NCBI GenBank assembly: GCA_964452905.1
Contig: CAYVNP010000010.1
Coordinates: 24,420 to 88,419 of the forward strand
DNA length: 64,000 nucleotides
Source of the DNA: an uncultured Bacteroidales bacterium
Lineage (GTDB): Bacteria; Bacteroidota; Bacteroidia; Bacteroidales; CAYVNP01
Direction: 5' to 3'
Part shown: positions 53,139-60,664 of the stretch, piece by piece
How positions within the stretch are numbered: the first letter of the stretch is position 1
Layout of the letters: each line of letters opens with the position of its first letter
Position numbers and translations under genes: made by a program
Notes under the pieces: generated by a model
The model's database searches: none
What the model saw: only the letters and a program-made list of their open reading frames with translations
What the model was told of the DNA's origin: nothing

Positions 53139-54953
53139 ATGTTGAGAAAAAATAATCTTTTCCTGTTCGTTTTTCTGACTATTCTTATTAATAATTCTTT
53201 TACTCAGATTAATTTCTTGACAGGAAACAAAAAAGAAATCTATCATCAGTTTGCTGAAGATATTAAAAACAATACCAATATTCCCATTCAGATTTTTATT
53301 TCTCAGGGTAGTGTTGATAATCTTAATCGTTTGCTATCCGATTCTTTTCATCTTGCATTTGTTCAATATGATGTATTGCTTTATAAAGAAATAGAAAACA
53401 GTGATATTAAAAAATATATTAAATTGTTTCTTCCTTTGTATAATGAAGAGATTCATCTTGTTGCGTTAAATAACAGTAAGATCAACTCATTAAAAGATTT
53501 ATCAGGTAAACGAGTAGGCGTAGGAGCGATTAATTCAGGAACAAATATTACAGCAGACCTGATTAAATTAAAAACAGAGATTAAATGGATCAATTATAAT
53601 CTTCCTCTTGATCAATCCTTTGCTGTTTTGCTAAAGGACAGTATCGATGCGTTTTTTGTGGTAGGAGCTGCTCCTGTAAATATTTTGAAATCGCTTTCAG
53701 AACGTGCTAAAAATATTATAAAACTTATTCCGATTCAGGATGATAAATTAAAGAAAATTTATAAACACAGAACTATTGAATCAGGTACCTATCCCTGGCT
53801 GAAACATGATATTTACACTTATTCCACTGCCACACTTTTAATATTGAACAGTAAAAACATAAATGATTCTTTAGCGAAAAAAATTGAACAACTTTATTAT
53901 GATTTAAAAGGTAATTTAAAAGGGATTCAAAATAATAAATTTTCTCACCCTAAATGGCATCAGGTTGATTTTGGAAATCATGAAGGAATTGACTGGCCAA
54001 TTTACAAACAAGAATATGTGACAGCGGAAATCATATTTGATTGGCTTGCATATATAGCATTGTTGTTAACTTGTTTTCAGATTTATTTTGTTTTAAATAA
54101 GCTTTGGAAAAGAAAACATGAACGGATCGTAGCTGAAAGTATTTCTGTTTCTGCAATGTTTATCAGCATCCTTATCAATTGTTTTTTTGCATTTAAAAAT
54201 TTAGTGAATAATGGGATGCCACAGTTTTCAGCAAATGTATTATGGATTGTTTGTAGTTTGCTAAGTGCAATTATTGGCATTGGTTTCTGGGTGATTGGCA
54301 GCAGAGAGAAAAATTTTTTCAGACTATTGAAACAATCTTTAAAACTTGAAAAACATGAAGCTGCTGATCTGGCTAAATCTTTTTTTCGACCCTCCGCTTC
54401 GGATAATATCATCGAAATACTTGGTCGAATAGCCATGATTGATAATGAATTTGCTAAAGAAGAACAAAAATTTATTCAGTCATTTGCCGATGAATGGAAC
54501 ATCAAATTGGATTGGGGGTTTATTCAGACAAATTTCTTAAATAAGAATAATGAAGGTTTTGTCAAGTTGCGCGACTGCATGAAAAAATATCTATTACTAT
54601 CGCCACCCAAAGAGCAGGTTTCTCATCTTGCCGATGTTATTATGGAATTAATCAATGCCGATAAAAATGTTGCAAAAGAAGAAGCACTTATTCAACAGGA
54701 ATTGATTGGCCAAATTAACAATTATCTTGGGAAGAAAGATGTCGATATGTTTATTGCTGTTGTTATACCTCCTGATGTGCATAAAGAAGTTTCTATGCAG
54801 GATTTATTAAATGATCTAAAAAAAGAAAATTTTGGAGGTGGAAACGTATATATTTCCGAGCCATATTATTCCTATCAATTAGCGAATGTAGTGTGTGAAA
54901 AGTTTCGTGATGAAGGAATGATTGCCCTTGTTACGTTTGCTGAAAACACATAA
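53139..54953 (+). CDS. TAXI-type periplasmic solute-binding domain fused to a 3-4 TM segment and a cytoplasmic TerB-like domain
   Basis: - The ORF is 604 aa and has a signal peptide.
- The N-terminal half matches, from memory, the TAXI/NMT1_3 pattern: SQGSVDNLNRLLSDSFHLAFVQYDV, LYNEEIHLVALNNSKINSLKDLSGKRVGVGAINSGT, and IDAFFVVGAAPV.
- Hydrophobic helices are IIFDWLAYIALLLTCFQIYFVL, AMFISILINCFFAF and VLWIVCSLLSAIIGIGFWVI.
- The C-terminal TerB-like halves are IAMIDNEFAKEEQKFI and LINADKNVAKEEALI. Confidence 0.6.
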   Translation: MLRKNNLFLFVFLTILINNSFTQINFLTGNKKEIYHQFAEDIKNNTNIPIQIFISQGSVDNLNRLLSDSFHLAFVQYDVLLYKEIENSDIKKYIKLFLPLYNEEIHLVALNNSKINSLKDLSGKRVGVGAINSGTNITADLIKLKTEIKWINYNLPLDQSFAVLLKDSIDAFFVVGAAPVNILKSLSERAKNIIKLIPIQDDKLKKIYKHRTIESGTYPWLKHDIYTYSTATLLILNSKNINDSLAKKIEQLYYDLKGNLKGIQNNKFSHPKWHQVDFGNHEGIDWPIYKQEYVTAEIIFDWLAYIALLLTCFQIYFVLNKLWKRKHERIVAESISVSAMFISILINCFFAFKNLVNNGMPQFSANVLWIVCSLLSAIIGIGFWVIGSREKNFFRLLKQSLKLEKHEAADLAKSFFRPSASDNIIEILGRIAMIDNEFAKEEQKFIQSFADEWNIKLDWGFIQTNFLNKNNEGFVKLRDCMKKYLLLSPPKEQVSHLADVIMELINADKNVAKEEALIQQELIGQINNYLGKKDVDMFIAVVIPPDVHKEVSMQDLLNDLKKENFGGGNVYISEPYYSYQLANVVCEKFRDEGMIALVTFAENT

Positions 54954-54956
54954 GAA

Positions 54957-56246
54957 TCAGTTCATATCTCTTTTCCTTTTATAAGGACGGATAATTAACC
55001 GTAATGCGCGGTCATACGTAAAATAATTATAGATCCAATCAGTAAAAACAATCAGTTTATTTCTAAAACCGACCAAAGAAAAAATGTGAACTGTCAGCCA
55101 AAGCATCCATGCTAACACACCTTTGAATCTCCATTTTTTAAAATCGGCAACAGCACGGTTACGACCAACTGTTGCCAATGTGCCCTGATCTTTATAAAAA
55201 AAGGATTTTAGTTTCATTCCATTTCTGATACGGACAAAATTTTCGGCAAGGAGTTTTCCTTGCTGAATAGCTACTGGAGCCACTTGTGGATGACCTTTCG
55301 GAGTTGACTCATTGATCATAACGGCAATATCGCCTATGGCGAAAATATTTTCATAGGATGAAAGTTTGTTGGATGGATCTACCAGTATTCTGGAACCGGG
55401 ACCTTTTAACTTTTCATCAATTCCTTTTATCCATGCACCTTTCACACCTGCTGTCCAGATCATAGTACTGGAATTGATCACTTGTTCATCACCATAAATC
55501 ACTTTACTTCCGTCATATTTTTTAACGGACGTATTTGTAAGAACATTAACACCGAGTTCATTCAGAAATTTATGTGCTCTTTTAGCTGATTCTTCTGACA
55601 TACCGCCTAACAAGCGTGCAGACATTTCTATTAAATAAATATGCATCCGGTTGGCATTCAGTTCCGGGTAATCTTTTGGGATCACATATTTTTTCATTTC
55701 ACCCAAAGCACCTGCCATTTCAACACCTGTTGGTCCACCTCCTACAATTACAATATTCATCAGTTGGTCTTGTTCTTCAACTGTTTTGGCAATTAATGCG
55801 CGCTCGAAATTTTGTAAAATATAACTTCGAAGATCAATTGCATTGGGTACTGTTTTCAATTGCATCAGGTCGCTTTCATCACTGTCAAAATTAAAAAAGT
55901 TGGTCAGACCACCCGTGGCGATTACAAGGAAATCATATGTTAATTCACCTATAGAGGTGAGGATACTGTTGGTTTCGGGCTTCACTTCAAGTACTTCAGC
56001 CATACGAAAGAAAAAATTCTTTTTGCGTTTAAAAATCCTTCTCACAGGAAAAGCAATTGAACCTGATTCGAGACCGGCTGTTGCAACCTGATAAAGTAAG
56101 GGTTGGAACGTATGGTAATTATTTTTATCTATTAAAACAACCTGAAAATTCAGCTTGAGTAATTTTTTTACAAGAGTGATCCCACCGAAACCGGCTCCTG
56201 CAACAACAATTCTTTTTTGTTCTGTCTTTGGAATTTGAATGTTCAT
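54957..56246 (-). CDS. ndh: Type II NADH dehydrogenase (NDH-2), FAD-dependent pyridine nucleotide-disulfide oxidoreductase
   Basis: This 429-aa ORF has the dinucleotide fold KRIVVAGAGFGG and a second Rossmann motif IVIVGGGPTGVEMAGAL. It also has IFAIGDIA and a C-terminal amphipathic or membrane segment. Confidence 0.8.
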   Translation of the reverse strand: MNIQIPKTEQKRIVVAGAGFGGITLVKKLLKLNFQVVLIDKNNYHTFQPLLYQVATAGLESGSIAFPVRRIFKRKKNFFFRMAEVLEVKPETNSILTSIGELTYDFLVIATGGLTNFFNFDSDESDLMQLKTVPNAIDLRSYILQNFERALIAKTVEEQDQLMNIVIVGGGPTGVEMAGALGEMKKYVIPKDYPELNANRMHIYLIEMSARLLGGMSEESAKRAHKFLNELGVNVLTNTSVKKYDGSKVIYGDEQVINSSTMIWTAGVKGAWIKGIDEKLKGPGSRILVDPSNKLSSYENIFAIGDIAVMINESTPKGHPQVAPVAIQQGKLLAENFVRIRNGMKLKSFFYKDQGTLATVGRNRAVADFKKWRFKGVLAWMLWLTVHIFSLVGFRNKLIVFTDWIYNYFTYDRALRLIIRPYKRKRDMN

Positions 56247-56393
56247 GAAGTTAATATTTCAACCGAGGTCAAAGATAAGTAAAACCTTTTTATGAAAATT
56301 TGAAGTTCAAAAATTAATGATTTATTTTTAATTTTGTTTTAATATTTTTTAGTATTATATTTTTTTATTATAAATATATTTAATTTAACTGAA

Positions 56394-58796
56394 ATGAAGC
56401 AAATAATTCAATTTTGTTTTTTTATATTTTATTTAGTTCAATCAAATAATTCTTTTGGTCAGATATTTAATCAAACCATTAAGGGGCGAGTTATTGATGA
56501 ACAGTCACAAAGTTCAATACCAGGTGCCGGAATCATTATCAAAGGAAGTAATCCAATAATCAGTGCTACGTCTGATCCTGAAGGATATTTTAAAATTGAA
56601 CATATTCCTATTGGGCGAGTAACTCTTTTGGTCACGAGTATGGGGTTTCAGCCACAGATAATTCCAAATTTAAATCTAACTTCAGGAAAAGAAATTGTTT
56701 TAACAATTGAATTGAAAGAAGAAGTAACCAAATTGAAGGAAGTAGTCATTAATAAAAATTCGGATAAAGCATTTTCATTAAATAATATGGCAACCGTTAG
56801 TGCACGTGCTTTTTCAATTGAAGAGAGCCAGCGTTATGCCGGTGCTCGTAATGATGTGGCACGGATGGCTGTTAATTTTGCAGGAGTTAGTACAGCTAAT
56901 GATGCCGTGAATGATATTGTTATCAGGGGGAATACCCCAAACGGATTGTTATGGCGTCTCGATGGTATTGATATTCCCAATCCAAATCACTTCGGTGGAA
57001 TGGGAGCTACTGGAGGGCCTGTCAGCATGCTGAATAATAATGTACTTGCCAATTCCAATTTCATGACCGGTGCATTCCCAGCTGAATATGGTGATGCTTT
57101 GTCAGGAGTGTTTGATTTGAAAATGCGAAACGGTAATTATGAGAAACATGAATTTCTAGGACAAGTTGGATTAAATGGGTTTGAATTTGGTGCCGAAGGA
57201 CCCATCAGTAAAAAAAATCATTCCTCTTATTTAATTAATTACAGATATTCTACATTGGGTGTCTTTGCAATGTTGGGTATCAGCGTAGGAACAGGTTCTG
57301 CCATTCCCAAATATCAAGATTTGTCTTTTAAAATTAATATGCCTACTAACAAATGCGGTACATTTTCATTGTTTTCTTTAGCTGGAATCAATTCAATCGA
57401 TTTTGTGAAGGATTTCAAAGACTCATCAAAAAATAAGGAAGAATTTTATACAGGCGATTATCAGAATATTTATTCGAAAAATAAAATGGGTGTTGTCGGC
57501 TTATCACATACGTATTTATTTAATGCACAAACTTATTCTAAATTAACTCTTGCAACTTCGGGTATTGTGAATTCAGGAATTGTTGATTCTGTTGATTTTG
57601 TTAATAAAACAATAACTTCATTTATTAGACAAAATTATCAAAGTACTCAACTTTTGATTTCATTTTTTATCAATCATAAATTCAATGCGAAAAATAATTT
57701 AAAAGTTGGTTTGAATGGAAAAGAGATTGTATTTGATCTTTTAGACAGCGTCTATAAAGGTGAACTTAAACGCTTTAAAACAACCTTGAATGCTAAAGGG
57801 AATACATTTCTTTTACAGCCATACATATGTTGGCAATTTAGACCTACAAATGACATAACTTTTAATGCCGGTGTTAATTTTCAATATCTGTTTTTAAACA
57901 AAAAATTCTCTCCTGAGCCCCGATTAAATGCCAAATGGCAATTAAACGGTAAACAAAGCATTAGTATTGGATATGGTTTGCACAGCAAAATGATTCCGTT
58001 GCAGTTTTATTTTAATCAGGTTTTACTCAACAATGGCAATTATGTCGAACCGAATAAAAATCTTGATTTTATTAAGAGTCATCATTTTGTTTTATCGTAT
58101 AATTATAATTTTTCAAATACATTGCATTTCAAAATTGAAACCTATTATCAATATATTTTTCAGTCAGTGGTTGCATCATGTTTTTCTACTTTTTCCATGT
58201 TGAACTCAAGCTCATTTAATACAACATCGTTTCCCGATTCATTAAAAAACGGAGGAAAAGGACGTAATTATGGGGTGGAATTTACTCTTGAAAAATTTAT
58301 GGAAAAAGGATTTTATGCTTTGTTGACGACTTCTTTATTTAGATCACAATATGAAGGAAGCAATGGAGAATTAAGATCTACTGCATTTGATGGGAGATAT
58401 GTTGTGAATTTACTGGGAGGAAAAGAATTTGCGTTGAATCCCCATAAAGAAAAAGTGAAAATGAAGAAATTTCTGATTGTGGACGGAAAGCTTACTGCTG
58501 CCGGCGGACAATGTTATACTCCGATTAATTTGATTGAATCACAAAAACAAATGGCTCCTGTTTACGATGAATCTATGGCTTATTCCAAACAATTTAAAGA
58601 TTATTTCAGGGCTGACTTTCGTATTGCTTTCAGATTGGATTCCAAAAAAGTTTCGCATGAAATGGCTTTTGATATTCAGAATATTACAAATCACAAAAAT
58701 CCATTGTATATGAATTACAATATGAAAAATGGAACTGAACAAATAGTTTATCAGTTAGGTCTTTTTCCGATGATGCAATATAGAATGACTTTTTAG
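56394..58796 (+). CDS. TonB-dependent-receptor-like outer-membrane beta-barrel with an N-terminal CarboxypepD_reg domain
   Basis: - The ORF is 800 aa and has a signal peptide.
- The CarboxypepD_reg stretch is IKGRVIDEQSQSSIPGAGIIIKGS...GYFKIEHIPIGRVTL.
- The plug-like stretch is NDIVIRGNTPNGLLWRLDGIDIPNPNHF.
- It has long alternating beta-strand character and a terminal aromatic residue (...QYRMTF).
- No SusD-like gene follows it. Confidence 0.7.
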   Translation: MKQIIQFCFFIFYLVQSNNSFGQIFNQTIKGRVIDEQSQSSIPGAGIIIKGSNPIISATSDPEGYFKIEHIPIGRVTLLVTSMGFQPQIIPNLNLTSGKEIVLTIELKEEVTKLKEVVINKNSDKAFSLNNMATVSARAFSIEESQRYAGARNDVARMAVNFAGVSTANDAVNDIVIRGNTPNGLLWRLDGIDIPNPNHFGGMGATGGPVSMLNNNVLANSNFMTGAFPAEYGDALSGVFDLKMRNGNYEKHEFLGQVGLNGFEFGAEGPISKKNHSSYLINYRYSTLGVFAMLGISVGTGSAIPKYQDLSFKINMPTNKCGTFSLFSLAGINSIDFVKDFKDSSKNKEEFYTGDYQNIYSKNKMGVVGLSHTYLFNAQTYSKLTLATSGIVNSGIVDSVDFVNKTITSFIRQNYQSTQLLISFFINHKFNAKNNLKVGLNGKEIVFDLLDSVYKGELKRFKTTLNAKGNTFLLQPYICWQFRPTNDITFNAGVNFQYLFLNKKFSPEPRLNAKWQLNGKQSISIGYGLHSKMIPLQFYFNQVLLNNGNYVEPNKNLDFIKSHHFVLSYNYNFSNTLHFKIETYYQYIFQSVVASCFSTFSMLNSSSFNTTSFPDSLKNGGKGRNYGVEFTLEKFMEKGFYALLTTSLFRSQYEGSNGELRSTAFDGRYVVNLLGGKEFALNPHKEKVKMKKFLIVDGKLTAAGGQCYTPINLIESQKQMAPVYDESMAYSKQFKDYFRADFRIAFRLDSKKVSHEMAFDIQNITNHKNPLYMNYNMKNGTEQIVYQLGLFPMMQYRMTF

Positions 58797-59590
58797 ATCG
58801 AATTCAAACTTCCCATTCGGTAACCTTCTAAATCAAGTGTGATATATTTAAATCCGAATGATTTGAGATTAGTTGATAATTCGAAAGCGAAAGGTTCTTC
58901 AATTAATTTAAAACGTTCTTCTTTTGCTACTTCTATTCGTGCAACATCTCCATGACAACGGACACGTACAATGCGAAAACCATGATCGATCAGGAATTTT
59001 TCAGATAGTTCAACTTTTTTTAAATCCTCACGTTTAATTTCCTGTCCGTATGGTATCCTTGAATATAAGCATGCGTAGGCAGGTTTATCCCATGTGGGAA
59101 GATTTAATTTTTTGGAAAATTCACGTATCTCGGCTTTTGTAAAGCCGGCTTCAAGCAGAGGACTGAGCACATGTATTTCTTTCACAGCCGTCATACCGGG
59201 GCGATAATCTTTCAGATCATCTGTGTTACTGCCATCAAGAACATGCGTGATACCGTGCATGGCTGCTTCCTGTTTGATGGATCCAAACTCAATTTTTTTG
59301 CAGTGATAACAGCGGTCTTCAGGATTCTTTTTTACTTCATCTTCAATTTCGTTTGAAGAAATAATAATATGTTTAACATGTATATGTCGGGCAATGTTTT
59401 TGGCATCATCCAGTTCATAACGGGGTAAAGCAGGTGAATCAACAGTTATGCCTATTGCCTGTTCACCGAGTGCTTCTTTTGCAACTGCAAGTAAAAATGA
59501 ACTATCTACACCACCCGAAAAAGCAACCGCAACTTTTTTTAGTTTTTTCAGGTTTTCAAAAAGGGTTTTGTATTTTGTGTTTTCAATCAT
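58793..59590 (-). CDS. larE: ATP-dependent sacrificial sulfur transferase LarE (PP-loop ATP pyrophosphatase family)
   Basis: The PP-loop is VAFSGGVDSSFLL, and the conserved Cys region PAYACLYSRIPYG matches the LarE-type xACLxSRxPYG. The track ORF extends to 59605 with a TTG start. I prefer the ATG at 59588..59590 (MIENTKYK...), but start choice is uncertain. Confidence 0.75.
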   Translation of the reverse strand: MIENTKYKTLFENLKKLKKVAVAFSGGVDSSFLLAVAKEALGEQAIGITVDSPALPRYELDDAKNIARHIHVKHIIISSNEIEDEVKKNPEDRCYHCKKIEFGSIKQEAAMHGITHVLDGSNTDDLKDYRPGMTAVKEIHVLSPLLEAGFTKAEIREFSKKLNLPTWDKPAYACLYSRIPYGQEIKREDLKKVELSEKFLIDHGFRIVRVRCHGDVARIEVAKEERFKLIEEPFAFELSTNLKSFGFKYITLDLEGYRMGSLNSI

Positions 59591-59853
59591 TTCAGAAATA
59601 TTCAATAAAAATTTTAGGGTGTAAAAATAGGAAAGTTTTTAGTTTGGGGTTTAATTTTGAAAAACAAAAACCAGAATATATTTAATTTTGGAGTGAGTAA
59701 GATTGAAACAAAAGTGAATTCTGAAACAACTATAGATTGTAAAGAAGAGGAAAATCTAATTTAATTTAAATAAGGAATTCCCCTCTTCAATATTTCTTTG
59801 ATTTTAAAGGTGATTGATAATAATAACTGCCTCATTAAAAAAGATAAAATTTA

Positions 59854-60543
59854 CTATCCAAACTCACTTATCTTTTCAAGTAATTTCAAATCAATAATTT
59901 CAATTTCTTTACCATTTATACAAATAATATTCTCATTTTTCATTTCTGTAAGAATTCTGACTGTGTTTTCTTCAGAAATGGATGAAAACTCACCTAACTC
60001 CTTTCTTGTTAAATTCATAACAAATTTTTTATTTTTGTATAATTGTGATAAATAAATCAAACTTTCAGCCACTCTGCCTCTTATTTGTTTTTGATTAATT
60101 GAAATAATTTTACTCATAATTAACTTGACAGATTGTCCAAAAGCATGATTAAGATTAAGAAGAAATTTATGATTTGTTAAATATAATTTTTTAACGTGTT
60201 CCAAATCAACCATACATATGGAAGTTTCCTCCAAAGCACGAACAGAATAAACATATTCAGTTGATTCAAAAAAAGATAATAACCCAATATAATTATGCGG
60301 TTTTAAAATATATAATATAATATTTCGATTATTATAACCTTCAACATACAACTTAGCCGTACCATAAACTAAATAGATTGCATGTGTGACTTTTGTACCT
60401 TGTTTACAAATCATTTCATGACGTTTGTATTTAATATGAATCGTTTCGAAAGATTCAGCATCATATCCCGACTCAATCAATGCAGTATAAAAATTACATT
60501 TAATTTTACAAGTTATACAATTTACCCTATGGATTAATTTCAT
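59854..60543 (-). CDS. Crp/Fnr-family transcriptional regulator
   Basis: This 229-aa ORF has a cNMP-binding-like beta-roll (ICKQGTKVTHAIYLVYGTAKLY) and a C-terminal HTH (LTRKELGEFSSISEENTVRILTEM). The N-terminus is Cys-rich (NCITCKIKC). Confidence 0.75.
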   Translation of the reverse strand: MKLIHRVNCITCKIKCNFYTALIESGYDAESFETIHIKYKRHEMICKQGTKVTHAIYLVYGTAKLYVEGYNNRNIILYILKPHNYIGLLSFFESTEYVYSVRALEETSICMVDLEHVKKLYLTNHKFLLNLNHAFGQSVKLIMSKIISINQKQIRGRVAESLIYLSQLYKNKKFVMNLTRKELGEFSSISEENTVRILTEMKNENIICINGKEIEIIDLKLLEKISEFG

Positions 60544-60664
60544 AAATTATTAATTTCAACAATCAAAACTATAAATAAATTGATATTAATTAACCAGTAA
60601 TTTAAATTATCTTTATTCAATAATAACAAATTTGTTAAATTCGTAAAATATATCTTTTCCCGCT

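Noticed and set aside
56394-58796. Calling the TonB-dependent receptor the SusC of the CAZyme cluster
   Set aside because: It lies 16 kb away beyond housekeeping genes. It has no adjacent SusD-like lipoprotein, and at about 800 aa it is shorter than typical SusC proteins of about 1000-1100 aa.
59730-59790. Hairpin GAAGAGG-N30-CCCTCTTC downstream of the Crp/Fnr gene as an intrinsic terminator
   Set aside because: The stem is only 7-8 bp and the loop is about 30 nt, with a short T-tract. That is too weak to report as a feature.
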